Positions 1-12,199 are shown, numbered from the stretch's first letter. The stretch: DNA of 64,000 bases from Escherichia coli (GCF_003018115.1 NZ_CP027457.1), one strand, 5' to 3'. The notes: generated by a model not told the origin, from the letters alone. Program-made: numbers and translations.

Positions 1-201
1 ATGACCGATGCGCTGTGGTTGACCACACCGTGGACTGATATCTCTGGCGAAGTGGGGCAGATGGATAAGACCACAGTCAAATTTTCGATTCCAATGGATA
101 ACGCCATTTCGCTGCGTACGGTAGATGATAACGGCTGGTTTGGCGAAGTCAGCGCTTCAGGAGAAATTCATGTTCAGGCGACGTGGCGTAACATTAACTA
201 A
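1..201 (+). CDS. ecpD: EcpD fimbrial tip adhesin, C-terminal end (partial, runs off window start)
   Basis: ORF reads into window from upstream; position directly before ecpE in ecp operon order; identity from synteny rather than sequence recognition. Confidence 0.6.
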   Translation: MTDALWLTTPWTDISGEVGQMDKTTVKFSIPMDNAISLRTVDDNGWFGEVSASGEIHVQATWRNIN

Positions 202-880
202 GGCCCTGCTGACAGCGGTCTGTATGCTGGCGGCACCTTTGACACAGGCGATTTCGGTCGGCAATCTGACATTTTCGCTGCCGTCCGAGACTGACTTTGT
301 CAGCAAACGTGTAGTGAATAACAACAAAAGCGCACGGATATACCGTATTGCCATCAGTGCTATTGATAGCCCGGGCAGCAGTGAATTGCGCACCCGACCG
401 GTGGATGGTGAACTGCTTTTCGCCCCCCGCCAGCTGGCGTTGCAGGCTGGTGAGAGCGAGTATTTTAAATTTTACTATCATGGTCCACAGGATAACCGCG
501 AGCGCTACTACCGGGTCTCATTTCGCGAGGTCCCCACTCGTAACCAGACAAGACGCAGCCCAACCGGCGGCGAGGTCAGCACGGAGCCGGTGGTGGTGAT
601 GGATACCATTCTGGTAGTACGACCACGTCAGGTTCAGTTTAAATGGTCCTTCGATCAGGTGACCGGAACGGTAAGTAACACCGGCAACACGTGGTTTAAG
701 CTACTGATTAAACCAGGATGTGATTCGACCGAAGAGGAAGGCGATGCCTGGTATCTACGTCCGGGAGACGTGGTTCATCAGCCTGAGTTACGTCAGCCGG
801 GGAATCATTATCTGGTCTATAACGACAAATTCATTAAGATTAGCGATTCCTGTCCGGCTAAGCCCCCTTCGGCGGACTAA
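170..880 (+). CDS. ecpE: EcpE (YagV) fimbrial chaperone
   Basis: Translation [27 protein letters not shown]... with signal peptide; start chosen at internal Met 170 (overlaps ecpD end), 236 aa. Confidence 0.8.
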   Translation: MFRRRGVTLTKALLTAVCMLAAPLTQAISVGNLTFSLPSETDFVSKRVVNNNKSARIYRIAISAIDSPGSSELRTRPVDGELLFAPRQLALQAGESEYFKFYYHGPQDNRERYYRVSFREVPTRNQTRRSPTGGEVSTEPVVVMDTILVVRPRQVQFKWSFDQVTGTVSNTGNTWFKLLIKPGCDSTEEEGDAWYLRPGDVVHQPELRQPGNHYLVYNDKFIKISDSCPAKPPSAD

Positions 881-1192
881 GACTTATCCATCGGTCGAGG
901 GAAGAATTCCACTTCAGAGCCCCAAAAATCGTTTAAATGATGTGGAAGCGATCGTCAATATCACCTGTAACGATGGGCTTTCTCATATGCACACCATAGT
1001 GTTCAGGAGACACGGAAAGGTATCAGGCAGCCTGCTAACGAGTGGTTTATTCACGAATTAGTACGTAAAATCGGTAACGGCTGGAAATCATTCAATACTC
1101 ACACTATCGAAAGTTCCCCAGCCAACCGCGGTACGTTCTTACATACGATGTACCGCTGTTCTCTTTACGATTTATAGCTGTACTGGTGAATT

Positions 1193-1522
1193 ATGAGCAA
1201 TCTGAATCCATGCATGACGTGTGGTGCCTGTTGTGCATTTTTCCGCGTCTCTTTTTACTGGGCCGAAGCCGACGATGCTGGTGGTACCATTCCCGCCAGG
1301 CTCACTGAACAAATATCCCCTTTTCACCGATGCATGAGCGGAACTAATCAGAAAAACCCCCGATGTATTGCCCTTGCAGGAACCCCGGGCAAAAATGCCT
1401 GCTGCACGATATATAAAAATCGATCGTCCACATGCAGAGAATTCGCCATGTCTGGTGAGAACGGAGTCGTCAATGAGGCTTGCAATCGTGCAAGGGCTAA
1501 ATACGGGCTGACACCGTTATAA
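1193..1522 (+). CDS. ykgJ: YkgJ family cysteine-cluster protein
   Basis: 109 aa, Cys-rich N-terminus [17 protein letters not shown]; synteny between ecpE and yagU. Confidence 0.8.
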
Positions 1523-1545
1523 ACATACAATAATTAATTGCACTG

Positions 1546-1578
1546 CCCCGCCTACTGTAATAGCGGGGCTTCGTTTTC
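1546..1578 (+). terminator. rho-independent terminator after ykgJ
   Basis: GC stem ccccgc...gcgggg followed by cttcgttttc. Confidence 0.5.
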
Positions 1579-1726
1579 AGGGACAACAAAACCCGAAACT
1601 TATTGTATTTGCCTGCAACAATGCCTCTCTTCTGTAGCGTTCTTCGGATCTACATCATCCTGAAGTAGCACGATATACTCACTGACTATCTGAATCAGAA
1701 TATAAAAAGCAATGTTTTTAACCTAT

Positions 1727-1755
1727 AAAAATGGCGCTGTATTTGCGCCATTTTT
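1727..1755. terminator. bidirectional hairpin between ykgJ and yagU (convergent)
   Basis: Perfect inverted repeat aaaaatggcgc-tgtattt-gcgccattttt flanked by A/T runs on both sides. Confidence 0.55.
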
Positions 1756-1768
1756 ATCATTCAATGCA

Positions 1769-2383
1769 TTATCTGTTTGAGCCTAAAGGGATCTCAGGGT
1801 CTGGCTCATGAGTAATTCTGTTTCGTAAATCTCTGCGAATAATTTCAATGGACCAGAACCAGACTAAATGTCCAAAAATTTCAGAAACATTCTCATACCA
1901 CGGGAGATCAAACAGAGGTGGTGTCAGTCCCATGAGAGGGAATGAAATCATATGAACAAAAAGTTGGGCTAAAGCACCTGCCAGTAAGCCCTGCCAGAGT
2001 TTAATTTTTGGAAATACTTCAGCGACCACACAATAACCGACAGCAAACACTATCGAAAAGATAATGTGCGTAACACCAACCCAGTTAAAGACATGCCCGG
2101 CAAAGGTATAAACAGCCGCATTGGGATCTGTCAGCCCCAGCCAGTCTCGAAGAAAAATATACGGAGGATTGAGAAAATTACGCGAGCAATCAATTTGCCC
2201 AGCAGCCCTGATTAATGATTCCGGGCCACACGCTGCATTAAACATATCCACCGGGCTACGTGGCGGCAATGGAACTTCAGCCCCCCACTTCACAAATGCG
2301 GAAACAACGCCAGCAATCAGCCCAATGAATGCAGCAAGACCATAACGTCTGCGGTTCGGTGGAGTTTGTTCAAATATATTCAT
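1769..2383 (-). CDS. yagU: YagU inner membrane protein (DUF1440)
   Basis: 204 aa hydrophobic protein; synteny next to paoA. Confidence 0.85.
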
Positions 2384-2800
2384 ATCTACCCTGCTTGTAC
2401 CATTATGTTATACACCTCTTCAGGAGTATTCATAAAACAAGGAAAATGTAAAGAACTGTATTGTTTTGTATAACAAGATGGTTGTCTAATCACCAAAGAA
2501 TATAAGCACCATCATTTCTCCCTATTTTTATATTAGAAGTGACATAGATTTGCAGGGTGATGCAGAGCTGACAATCACAGGTTTCCTTATCGGTTTTTGC
2601 ATCGTACAACTAAAGCAATAAAACAGCTCCCATCATCATCAACATCCCGGCGAACATGAATTTATTAGCCGGGCTCATAGCTGCATTCGCGTTTTAAGAA
2701 TAATCCTCCTGCTGTCGCCGACTATGCTTAACGTTTAAAAAAGCATCAGCACTCTCGCAACGCACTCTTATTTTCCCCTTTAGAATACCGGAGGCCTGGT

Positions 2801-3490
2801 ATGAGCAACCAAGGCGAATACCCCGAAGATAATCGGGTTGGGAAGCACGAGCCGCACGATTTTAGTTTGACCCGTCGCGATCTGATTAAAGTGAGCGCCG
2901 CAACGGCGGCGACCGCCGTGGTTTATCCTCATTCTACGCTTGCGGCAAGCGTTCCGGCAGCTACACCCGCGCCTGAGATAATGCCCCTGACACTTAAGGT
3001 GAACGGCAAAACCGAGCAGCTTGAAGTGGATACCCGAACCACGCTACTGGACGCTTTGCGTGAAAATCTGCATTTGATCGGTACCAAGAAAGGTTGCGAT
3101 CACGGACAGTGCGGAGCCTGTACCGTGCTGGTCAATGGTCGCAGGCTTAATGCCTGCCTGACGCTTGCAGTCATGCATCAGGGGGCCGAGATCACCACCA
3201 TTGAAGGCCTGGGTTCACCAGATAATCTTCACCCCATGCAGGCGGCCTTTATCAAGCATGATGGCTTCCAGTGCGGCTACTGTACCTCCGGGCAAATTTG
3301 CTCATCAGTAGCGGTGCTAAAAGAGATTCAGGACGGCATTCCCAGTCACGTCACGGTCGATTTGGTTTCCCCTCCAGAAACAACTGCCGATGAGATCCGT
3401 GAACGTATGAGCGGCAACATCTGTCGCTGTGGTGCATACGCTAACATCCTTGCCGCCATTGAAGACGCTGCGGGGGAGATAAAATCATGA
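2801..3490 (+). CDS. paoA: Aldehyde oxidoreductase 2Fe-2S subunit PaoA, Tat-exported
   Basis: 229 aa; twin-arginine motif TRRDLIK; Cys motifs CDHGQCGAC and CGYC typical of 2Fe-2S ferredoxin subunit. Confidence 0.9.
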   Translation: MSNQGEYPEDNRVGKHEPHDFSLTRRDLIKVSAATAATAVVYPHSTLAASVPAATPAPEIMPLTLKVNGKTEQLEVDTRTTLLDALRENLHLIGTKKGCDHGQCGACTVLVNGRRLNACLTLAVMHQGAEITTIEGLGSPDNLHPMQAAFIKHDGFQCGYCTSGQICSSVAVLKEIQDGIPSHVTVDLVSPPETTADEIRERMSGNICRCGAYANILAAIEDAAGEIKS

Positions 3491-4443
3491 AGGCGTTTAC
3501 CTATGAACGAGTGAACACCCCGGCCGAGGCGGCACTTAGCGCTCAGCGCGTACCCGGCGCAAAATTTATCGCGGGCGGGACCAATCTGCTGGACCTGATG
3601 AAGCTGGAAATTGAAACGCCCACCCACCTTATCGATGTGAACGGGCTCGGGCTCGATAAGATTGAAGTGACCGACGCGGGTGGGCTGCGCATCGGCGCAC
3701 TGGTACGGAACACCGACCTGGCGGCTCACGAGCGCGTGCGTCGTGATTACGCGGTACTCTCCCGCGCCCTGCTCGCTGGCGCGTCTGGTCAGTTACGCAA
3801 TCAGGCAACCACCGCAGGTAATCTGCTCCAGCGCACGCGCTGCCCCTATTTTTACGACACCAATCAGCCCTGCAATAAGCGCCTGCCCGGGAGCGGCTGC
3901 GCGGCGCTTGAAGGCTTTAGCCGTCAGCACGCGGTGGTAGGCGTAAGCGAAGCCTGCATTGCCACCCATCCGAGCGATATGGCGGTCGCAATGCGGTTGC
4001 TGGATGCGGTGGTGGAAACCATCACGCCGGAGGGAAAGACTCGCAGTATCACACTGGCTGATTTTTATCACCCACCGGGGAAAACGCCGCACATTGAAAC
4101 CGCCCTGCTTCCCGGTGAGCTTATCGTTGCGGTGACGTTACCTCCGCCGCTCGGCGGAAAACATATTTACCGTAAGGTGCGCGATCGCGCCTCCTACGCC
4201 TTTGCCCTGGTATCGGTCGCGGCGATTATTCAGCCTGACGGCAGCGGGCGCGTCGCGCTGGGCGGAGTAGCACATAAGCCCTGGCGCATTGAGGCTGCGG
4301 ATGCTCAGCTATCCCAGGGGGCACAGGCCGTATATGACACGCTGTTCGCCAGCGCCCATCCCACCGCTGAAAACACCTTTAAACTCCTGTTGGCGAAGCG
4401 AACGCTTGCCTCCGTACTGGCTGAAGCGAGGGCACAGGCATGA
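3487..4443 (+). CDS. paoB: Aldehyde oxidoreductase FAD-binding subunit PaoB
   Basis: 318 aa; start overlaps paoA stop (ATGA); FAD-binding molybdopterin dehydrogenase-like. Confidence 0.9.
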   Translation: MKAFTYERVNTPAEAALSAQRVPGAKFIAGGTNLLDLMKLEIETPTHLIDVNGLGLDKIEVTDAGGLRIGALVRNTDLAAHERVRRDYAVLSRALLAGASGQLRNQATTAGNLLQRTRCPYFYDTNQPCNKRLPGSGCAALEGFSRQHAVVGVSEACIATHPSDMAVAMRLLDAVVETITPEGKTRSITLADFYHPPGKTPHIETALLPGELIVAVTLPPPLGGKHIYRKVRDRASYAFALVSVAAIIQPDGSGRVALGGVAHKPWRIEAADAQLSQGAQAVYDTLFASAHPTAENTFKLLLAKRTLASVLAEARAQA

Positions 4444-6638
4444 AATTTGATAAACCCGCAGGGGAAAACCCGATCGATCAGCTGAAGGTTGTCGGTCGTC
4501 CCCATGACCGCATCGACGGACCGCTGAAAACTACCGGCACGGCACGCTACGCCTACGAATGGCATGAAGAGGCCCCCAACGCCGCCTATGGCTATATCGT
4601 CGGTTCCGCCATTGCCAAAGGACGCCTCACCGCCCTTGATACGGACGCCGCGCAAAAAGCGCCGGGCGTACTGGCTGTCATTACCGCCAGTAACGCCGGG
4701 GCACTCGGCAAAGGCGACAAAAACACCGCCAGGCTGTTAGGCGGCCCCACTATTGAGCACTATCATCAGGCCATTGCGCTGGTAGTGGCCGAGACCTTCG
4801 AACAGGCGCGAGCGGCGGCCTCGCTGGTGCAGGCACACTATCGCCGTAATAAAGGAGCTTACTCCCTGGCGGACGAAAAACAGGCCGTCAATCAGCCGCC
4901 GGAAGACACGCCCGACAAAAACGTCGGTGACTTTGACGGGGCTTTCACCTCCGCTGCGGTGAAGATTGATGCTACCTACACGACCCCGGACCAGAGCCAT
5001 ATGGCGATGGAGCCGCATGCCTCGATGGCCGTCTGGGATGGAAATAAGCTTACTCTCTGGACCTCAAATCAGATGATTGACTGGTGCCGCACCGATCTGG
5101 CAAAAACGCTAAAAGTGCCCGTGGAGAATGTGCGTATTATCTCCCCGTATATCGGCGGAGGGTTTGGCGGCAAGCTGTTCCTGAGAAGCGATGCGCTGCT
5201 GGCAGCCCTCGCCGCCCGAGCGGTGAAACGTCCGGTTAAAGTGATGCTCCCCCGCCCCACTATTCCCAATAACACCACGCACCGCCCCGCCACCCTTCAG
5301 CACTTGCGTATCGGTGCCGACCAGAGCGGGAAAATCACCGCTATCTCACATGAAAGCTGGTCCGGAAACCTGCCCGGCGGCACGCCGGAAACGGCGGTAC
5401 AGCAAAGCGAATTACTCTACGCCGGGGCAAACCGTCATACCGGCCTGCGGCTCGCCACGCTTGATTTGCCGGAAGGGAACGCCATGCGTGCGCCCGGCGA
5501 AGCCCCCGGTCTGATGGCGCTCGAAATCGCGATCGACGAACTGGCGGAAAAAGCGGGCATCGATCCCGTCGAGTTTCGCATCCTGAATGACACTCAGGTT
5601 GACCCCGCCGACCCGACGCGCCGCTTCTCTCGCCGTCAGCTTATTGAGTGCTTGCGCACCGGAGCGGATAAATTTGGCTGGAAGCAGCGCAACGCCACAC
5701 CCGGACAGGTACGCGACGGAGAGTGGCTAGTCGGCCACGGCGTCGCGGCGGGCTTTCGCAATAATCTGCTGGAAAAATCGGGGGCTCGGGTTCACCTCGA
5801 ACCAAACGGCACCGTTACCGTGGAAACGGACATGACCGACATTGGCACCGGCAGCTACACCATTCTGGCCCAGACGGCAGCGGAAATGCTTGGCGTACCG
5901 CTGGAGCAGGTTGCGGTTCACCTCGGCGATTCCAGTTTCCCGGTTTCTGCGGGTTCTGGTGGACAATGGGGCGCGAATACCTCCACCTCCGGCGTTTACG
6001 CCGCCTGTGTGAAGCTTCGCGAAATGATTGCCTCGGCAGTCGGGTTTGATCCTGAGCAGTCGCAGTTTGCCGACGGCAAGATTACCAACGGTACCCGAAG
6101 CGCCATGCTACATGAGGCCACCGCAGGCGGCAGACTGACAGCGGAAGAGAGCATTGAATTCGGAACACTGAGCAAGGAGTACCAGCAGTCGACCTTTGCC
6201 GGGCATTTTGTGGAGGTCGGCGTGCATAGCGCGACGGGAGAAGTTCGGGTCCGGCGTATGCTCGCTGTGTGTGCTGCAGGACGCATCCTGAATCCGAAAA
6301 CTGCACGCAGCCAGGTCATTGGCGCAATGACTATGGGCATGGGCGCGGCACTGATGGAGGAGCTGGCGGTGGATGACCGTTTGGGCTACTTCGTTAATCA
6401 CGATATGGTGGGGTATGAGGTGCCGGTCCATGCGGATATCCCAAAACAGGAGGTGATTTTCCTGGATGATACCGACCCCATATCCTCCCCGATGAAGGCC
6501 AAAGGTGTCGGTGAGCTGGGCCTGTGCGGCGTGAGCGCTGCTATCGCCAACGCGGTGTATAACGCCACCGGTATTCGGGTACGCGATTATCCCATCACTC
6601 TGGATAAGCTGCTCGATAAGCTGCCGGATGTGGTTTAA
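4440..6638 (+). CDS. paoC: Aldehyde oxidoreductase molybdopterin-binding large subunit PaoC
   Basis: 732 aa; overlaps paoB stop; xanthine dehydrogenase family large subunit. Confidence 0.9.
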   Translation: MKFDKPAGENPIDQLKVVGRPHDRIDGPLKTTGTARYAYEWHEEAPNAAYGYIVGSAIAKGRLTALDTDAAQKAPGVLAVITASNAGALGKGDKNTARLLGGPTIEHYHQAIALVVAETFEQARAAASLVQAHYRRNKGAYSLADEKQAVNQPPEDTPDKNVGDFDGAFTSAAVKIDATYTTPDQSHMAMEPHASMAVWDGNKLTLWTSNQMIDWCRTDLAKTLKVPVENVRIISPYIGGGFGGKLFLRSDALLAALAARAVKRPVKVMLPRPTIPNNTTHRPATLQHLRIGADQSGKITAISHESWSGNLPGGTPETAVQQSELLYAGANRHTGLRLATLDLPEGNAMRAPGEAPGLMALEIAIDELAEKAGIDPVEFRILNDTQVDPADPTRRFSRRQLIECLRTGADKFGWKQRNATPGQVRDGEWLVGHGVAAGFRNNLLEKSGARVHLEPNGTVTVETDMTDIGTGSYTILAQTAAEMLGVPLEQVAVHLGDSSFPVSAGSGGQWGANTSTSGVYAACVKLREMIASAVGFDPEQSQFADGKITNGTRSAMLHEATAGGRLTAEESIEFGTLSKEYQQSTFAGHFVEVGVHSATGEVRVRRMLAVCAAGRILNPKTARSQVIGAMTMGMGAALMEELAVDDRLGYFVNHDMVGYEVPVHADIPKQEVIFLDDTDPISSPMKAKGVGELGLCGVSAAIANAVYNATGIRVRDYPITLDKLLDKLPDVV

Positions 6639-6647
6639 GGAGGAACA

Positions 6648-7604
6648 ATGTCATACCCGCTTTTTGATAAAGACGAACACTGGCATAAGCCAGAGCAGGC
6701 GTTTCTCACCGATGACCACCGTACCATTCTGCGCTTCGCCGTAGAGGCGCTAATGTCCGGTAAAGGAGCGGTGCTGGTGACGCTGGTGGAGATACGCGGC
6801 GGTGCGGCGCGCCCGCTCGGGGCGCAGATGGTGGTGCGCGAAGATGGTCGTTACTGCGGTTTTGTCTCTGGCGGCTGCGTGGAGGCCGCTGCCGCTTTTG
6901 AAGCGCTGGAGATGATGGGCTCAGGCCGCGATCGCGAAATTCGCTATGGCGAAGGTTCGCCGTGGTTTGACATCGTTCTGCCCTGCGGCGGTGGGATCAC
7001 GCTGACGCTCCATAAACTACGCTCGGCACAGCCTCTGCTCGCCGTGCTGAACCGCCTGGAACAGAGAAAACCGGCGGGGCTGCGCTACGATCCGCAAGCA
7101 CAATCGTTGGTGTGCCTGCCCACGCAAACCCGAACGGGCTGGAATCTCAATGGCTTTGAGGTGGGGTTCAGGCCATGCGTCAGGCTGATGATTTACGGAC
7201 GTTCTCTTGAGGCGCAGGCAACCGCGAGTCTTGCAGCAGCCACAGGCTATGACAGCCATATCTTCGATCTTTTTCCGGCCTCAGCCAGCGCTCAGATCGA
7301 TACCGACACGGCGGTCATTTTGCTGTGCCATGATCTCAACCGGGAGCTGCCAGTGTTGCAGGCCGCGCGAGAAGCAAAACCCTTTTATCTCGGCGCATTG
7401 GGCAGCTATCGAACCCACACGTTACGTCTGCAAAAGCTCCACGAGCGGGGATGGTCCAGGGAGGAGACAGCGCAAATCCGGGCACCCGTCGGGATATTCC
7501 CCAAAGCCCGGGATGCGCATACTCTGGCACTCTCCGTGCTGGCAGAAGTCGCCTCTGTACGTCTCCATCAGGAGGAGGATTCATGCCTGCCCCCGTCGTG
7601 CTGA
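6648..7604 (+). CDS. paoD: Molybdenum cofactor insertion chaperone PaoD (XdhC family)
   Basis: 318 aa; follows paoC by 9 nt with AGGAGG RBS. Confidence 0.85.
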   Translation: MSYPLFDKDEHWHKPEQAFLTDDHRTILRFAVEALMSGKGAVLVTLVEIRGGAARPLGAQMVVREDGRYCGFVSGGCVEAAAAFEALEMMGSGRDREIRYGEGSPWFDIVLPCGGGITLTLHKLRSAQPLLAVLNRLEQRKPAGLRYDPQAQSLVCLPTQTRTGWNLNGFEVGFRPCVRLMIYGRSLEAQATASLAAATGYDSHIFDLFPASASAQIDTDTAVILLCHDLNRELPVLQAAREAKPFYLGALGSYRTHTLRLQKLHERGWSREETAQIRAPVGIFPKARDAHTLALSVLAEVASVRLHQEEDSCLPPSC

Positions 7605-7663
7605 TCCTTGCGGCCGGGCGTGGAAAGCGCTTTCTCACCTCCGGGGGAAATACCATAAATTAA
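7583..7663 (+). pseudogene. 26-codon N-terminal stub of a MobA/MocA-like nucleotidyltransferase
   Basis: GAGGAGGATTC-ATG then MPAPVVLILAAGRGKRF (LAAGxGxRF motif), stop after 26 codons; overlaps paoD end. Confidence 0.4.
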
Positions 7664-7782
7664 GAGAAAAATCTGCAGTAGCCGTTTTAGAAAATCACCT
7701 AAATCATTTAAAAGAGCGACCTACCCATAGTGGGTGCTCATCGCCTTGTGTAACTTATTCAGCAACGCGCGCCCTCGCCGGA

Positions 7783-8976
7783 CTAAAGCGCACCGGCCTT
7801 CTGGCGTGCGGTAACAAAGGTCAGTACGCCCGCGCAAAGGAGCAGCACACTACTCATGGCAAACGTACTCTGCCAGCCAAGGCGGTCAAACACGATGCCT
7901 CCTGCCGTTGATCCAAGGGCGATTGAGAGCTGAATCACCGCGACCATGAGCCCGCCTCCGGCTTCGGCGTTGTCAGGCAACGTACGCGCAATCCATGTCC
8001 ACCATCCGGTTGGCGCGGCGGTGGCCAGCATGCCCCAGAGTCCTAACAGCAGCGAGACCGTCCAGACGTGATGCCCGGTAAGCATCAGACCGATGGCAAT
8101 GACGGCCATCAGTCCGGGTATGGCCATCAGCGTGGGGTAGAATTTTCTGTTGAGAAATGTCGAAACAACCAGCGTGCCAATAAAACCGGCCACGCCGATA
8201 ATCAGCAAAATCAACGACAAGCCTAAGGAATTAACCCGTGTCACCGACTCCAGAAACGGGCGCACATAGGTGAATAGCGCAAACTGCCCCATGAAAAACA
8301 GGCCACAAGCTATCATGCCGACCACAACCATGCGGCGGCTAAATAAGCGGAATACCGCGCCACATGACGTGTGGCTTTTATTCGCATCCATGCTGGGCAG
8401 ACTAATGCACTGCCAGATAAAGGCGACAACCGCCATGGGCACCAGGCACAAGAAAGCGCCTCGCCATCCGACCGTAGCCCCCAGATAGCTTCCCAGCGGC
8501 GCGGCCACGACCGTCGCCAGCGCATTACCGGCGTTGAAAATCGCCAGCGCACGCGTGACCTGATGCTGCGGCACCAGACGAATCGCCGTTGCCGCTGACA
8601 TCGACCAGAATCCGCCAATGGCCACACCAATCATCGCACGACCGACCATATACATCAGATAACTGGTAGCCAGCGCAATAATAAGCCCCGATACGGCCAT
8701 CAGAACCGTCATCCCCAGCAGCAGGAACTTACGATTCATCTTTCCAGCTAGCGTTGAAAGCGTCAGGCTGGTCAGAACAGCCAGCGCGCCGGAGATAGCA
8801 ATCCCCTGCCCTGCAAGCCCCTCCGTCACGCCTAAATCGCGGGTAATCGGCGTGAGCAGGCTGACGGGCATAAATTCAGAAGCAATCAGCACAAACACGC
8901 ACAGGGTCATAGCAAAAATACCGCCCCAGTATGCGTGCTGATGATGAGGTGATGGTGTTTGGCTTAGTGTCGACAT
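7783..8976 (-). CDS. MFS family transporter (12 TM)
   Basis: 397 aa highly hydrophobic, MFS-like helices and loop motifs. Confidence 0.75.
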   Translation of the reverse strand: MSTLSQTPSPHHQHAYWGGIFAMTLCVFVLIASEFMPVSLLTPITRDLGVTEGLAGQGIAISGALAVLTSLTLSTLAGKMNRKFLLLGMTVLMAVSGLIIALATSYLMYMVGRAMIGVAIGGFWSMSAATAIRLVPQHQVTRALAIFNAGNALATVVAAPLGSYLGATVGWRGAFLCLVPMAVVAFIWQCISLPSMDANKSHTSCGAVFRLFSRRMVVVGMIACGLFFMGQFALFTYVRPFLESVTRVNSLGLSLILLIIGVAGFIGTLVVSTFLNRKFYPTLMAIPGLMAVIAIGLMLTGHHVWTVSLLLGLWGMLATAAPTGWWTWIARTLPDNAEAGGGLMVAVIQLSIALGSTAGGIVFDRLGWQSTFAMSSVLLLCAGVLTFVTARQKAGAL

Positions 8977-9051
8977 AGTGAAATTTCACAAAGATCAGGA
9001 TAAAAGCCACCTGCCATAGACCGGTGGCTTTGCATCAATTCAGGAGAGGTT

Positions 9052-10188
9052 TTATTTCAGTTTGGTCTGGAAAAATTGTTCGAACTTCGCGAAAGGTATT
9101 TTTCCGGCCACGTTATCGTACAGGTCCACGTGATTTGCCCCTGGTACCACCACCAACTCTTTGTCTTTACTGCCAACCGCCTTGTAAGCATCTTCAGCAA
9201 AATAGCGTGAATGCGCTTTCTCACCGGTCACAATCAGCGTCGGGATGGTGATTTCACTGGCGTATCTCAACAGCGGCATATTCATAAATGACAGCGGCAT
9301 CGTTGCCGTCCACGCCCCGGTAGAGTTAACGGAACGTTCGTGGAAGCCGCGCGGCATGCGATAGTAGTCAAAGAACTCTTTCAGTACCGGATGAGGATTT
9401 GCCGGCAGCGTTTCTGGCAGAATACGCTCGCCCGCACTGACCTTGCCGTTGCTATCGACATTAATATCATGACCACCGTGAGCGAACGTTCCGCTATGCG
9501 CATCCTTCCAGCGCTGTTCATTCAGATATTGCAGAACAGCACGACGGTCGGCGGTAGAATAACGGTCTTTGCCATCCCCCACACCATGACCCATCGCCCG
9601 GCTCATGTCATACATCACGCTGGTAGCTACCGCTTTAACGCGGGTATCCATCGCCACGTCGTTCAGCGCCATGCCGCCCCAGCCACAAATACCGAGCAGC
9701 CCGATACGGTTGCGGTCTACCTCTTTTTGCAGCCCTAAGAAATCCACCGCCGCGCTGAAATCTTCAGTGTTGATATCCGGTGAGGCGACGTTTCGCGGAT
9801 AGCCGCCGCTTTCCCCGGTGTAAGAAGGATCGAACGCCAGGGTAACAAACCCTCGTTCCGCCAGCGTCTGCGCATACAGGCCGCTGGATTGCTCTTTCAC
9901 CGCGCCAAATGGCCCACTGACCGCAATCGCCGCCAGCTTGCGATCGCCACGGTCTTTAGGCAGGTAAAGATCGCCCACTAAGGTGATGCCATATCGGTTC
10001 GGGAACGAGACTTTACGGTGATCGACTTTCTGGCTCTCGGCGAACGTTTTATCCCATTTATCTGTCATGGACACAGGGGCATTAGGATTGGTTGAATCAG
10101 CATAACTCATTGTCGTGACTCCACTTAATGATGCGAAAAGCAGCATGGTCGGCATCGCGGTTTTTAGCGTTCGGGTGAAGGCTTTCAT
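9052..10188 (-). CDS. Secreted alpha/beta hydrolase, Cys-nucleophile (dienelactone-hydrolase-like)
   Basis: Signal peptide MKAFTRTLKTAMPTMLLFASLSG; nucleophile elbow GICGWGG; start set at internal Met. Confidence 0.6.
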   Translation of the reverse strand: MKAFTRTLKTAMPTMLLFASLSGVTTMSYADSTNPNAPVSMTDKWDKTFAESQKVDHRKVSFPNRYGITLVGDLYLPKDRGDRKLAAIAVSGPFGAVKEQSSGLYAQTLAERGFVTLAFDPSYTGESGGYPRNVASPDINTEDFSAAVDFLGLQKEVDRNRIGLLGICGWGGMALNDVAMDTRVKAVATSVMYDMSRAMGHGVGDGKDRYSTADRRAVLQYLNEQRWKDAHSGTFAHGGHDINVDSNGKVSAGERILPETLPANPHPVLKEFFDYYRMPRGFHERSVNSTGAWTATMPLSFMNMPLLRYASEITIPTLIVTGEKAHSRYFAEDAYKAVGSKDKELVVVPGANHVDLYDNVAGKIPFAKFEQFFQTKLK

Positions 10189-10374
10189 AAAAATCCCCAT
10201 AAAAAACAACAGAGAGATACAGGTTTCCGACGGACAACGCTGCGGTGCTTTACTTTGATGGGGTCATTATAGTGAGCAGAATTAGTGCTGATTAGGGGGC
10301 GATTAATGCTAAGATTAATACCATATTGTTATAAATTAATGCGGAGATTGCCGGCATGAAGGGGGGATGTTTCA

Positions 10375-11259
10375 ATGGCGAAAAGGGAGAACTACAACGA
10401 GCTGTACCTGTTTATGCAGGTGGTGCGGGAAGGCAGCTTTACCGCAGCGGCTCAGCGGCTGGGTCTTGCTCAGTCAGGAGTCAGCCGTTCTGTTCGCGAG
10501 CTTGAAGAAAGGCTGGGTGTCCAGCTGCTAGTGCGCACCACGCGTAAACTGTCGCTGACACAAGCAGGCGAGCAGCTCTACCAGAAGACGGCATCTGGAT
10601 TTGAAATGTTAGATCTTGGGCTTGCCACACTGGCGCACTATCGAGAGACGCCCTCCGGCACGGTGCGTATCAATGCCAGCCAGCACGCGATTGATAAATG
10701 CCTGCTGCCAAAGCTGGCGGTATTTAAACAGCGATATCCTGATATCCGGCTTGAACTGATAAATGAGAGCCGGTTCGTCGATATCATCGAGGAAAGATTC
10801 GATGCAGGTGTCCGCCTGGGGCCTGAAGTCGGCCAGGGTATGGTCGCGGTACGCATCACGCCCGATATGGAGATGGCAATTGTGGGGACTCCGGAACATT
10901 TTCGTCGTTATGGTTTTCCGCAAACCCCGGCGGATTTAAAGGCGCATCCCTGTATCGCCTATCAGTTTGCCGACGGCAGCGTATACCAGTGGGAACTCAA
11001 TCAGGATGATAAAAAAATCACTCATCGCCCTGAAGGGCAATGGGCCCTATCCGACAGCTATATGGAAGCAGAAGCCGCCCGGCTGGGCCTCGGATTGGCC
11101 TATGTTCCTGTTGAACTGGTCGCGGATGATTTAGAACACGGTAACCTTATCAGGGTGTTGCAGCGTTACAGCCTGCGAATGGAGGGATTGTTTCTCTATT
11201 ACCCTCATCGCAACGTCTCCCCCGCTCTGCGGATGGTCATTGATACATTGAAAATCTGA
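10375..11259 (+). CDS. LysR-family transcriptional regulator
   Basis: 294 aa; N-terminal HTH FTAAAQRLGLAQSGVSRSVRELEERLG; divergent from hydrolase-MFS genes. Confidence 0.85.
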   Translation: MAKRENYNELYLFMQVVREGSFTAAAQRLGLAQSGVSRSVRELEERLGVQLLVRTTRKLSLTQAGEQLYQKTASGFEMLDLGLATLAHYRETPSGTVRINASQHAIDKCLLPKLAVFKQRYPDIRLELINESRFVDIIEERFDAGVRLGPEVGQGMVAVRITPDMEMAIVGTPEHFRRYGFPQTPADLKAHPCIAYQFADGSVYQWELNQDDKKITHRPEGQWALSDSYMEAEAARLGLGLAYVPVELVADDLEHGNLIRVLQRYSLRMEGLFLYYPHRNVSPALRMVIDTLKI

Positions 11260-11968
11260 ACGTTAACAACGACCGACTCTTCACTGTGCAATATTGTGTC
11301 AGGTAGTCACTCTGCGTTCAATTCCAGGGGCCGCTTTGAGCGAGAAAGAGCGGACTTATCTGTATAAGGGGACTATCCAGCAATGGAGATCACCCAAAAG
11401 AAAAAACTACCTGGCTCCCTCAACAACCTTCATCCGGGAATTTAGCCTCAATCAACATTTTTATATCTGTCAGGTTACTTCATTATGAAAACCGATCAAT
11501 ATCGTTGTTTTTGTAGTAATAATAGAATACGCGTATTTATTCCTCCATTTCTATTAATAACAGCCATAAACTGTTCACTTCACTGATATTTAAAATATGC
11601 ATCCTTTTCCTGCTTTTCAAGTTGTTCAGCGGCGTAAGAAAACGTATTAAATATGAATTCGACGATTTAACCATTTCTGTCTGATTGGTAATCATCTGTG
11701 ATTAATGCTGGTCTATTGATTACGCCAGCATTAACCGCTTAGGGATGTATTCTTCCTGATCATATACAGCCCTCGAAAAAGAGAGAAAATAAAACTGTGT
11801 CCAATATTACTCTACCACTCCAGACCGAAGCATCGGTAGAATTAGCAGAACGACTGGTACAGAAGGTGGGTATAGCGTCATTTGTCGGGCATTCCATTGC
11901 CATCATAATGATAATTTTGAATCAATAGACGTGCTTCTTGATCATGTCTTAAAATTATACCATGAGCC

Positions 11969-12199
11969 TTATGAAGCATCATTTTTACTGACTGGTGTTA
12001 ACTTTGCTATCATATAAACTCTGTTCTTAAAAAACGCGCCCAGAATTTTATATGATTTCCCTTGTTTTTCTGCCTGTAAAGAAATTTCTTTTTCAGTGCT
12101 GTCAATAGTTGAACCGACGGCAGTAATCGTTTTGGCGACGCTACTGAATGATAATAAAGACAGTGCAACCACAACAATTAAAGAACAGATAGTATTCAT
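11969..12199 (-). CDS. Small secreted protein, DUF1471 (BhsA/McbA/YdgH-like) candidate
   Basis: Signal peptide MNTICSLIVVVALSLLSFSSVA then ~55 aa mature domain; start at internal Met of ORF 11969..12247. Confidence 0.45.
   Translation of the reverse strand: MNTICSLIVVVALSLLSFSSVAKTITAVGSTIDSTEKEISLQAEKQGKSYKILGAFFKNRVYMIAKLTPVSKNDAS

Noticed and set aside
7207-7911. 234-aa plus-strand ORF spanning paoD 3' end and MFS gene 3' end
   Set aside because: Overlaps two well-supported genes in alternative frame or strand; Arg/Pro/Ser-rich, no recognisable domain
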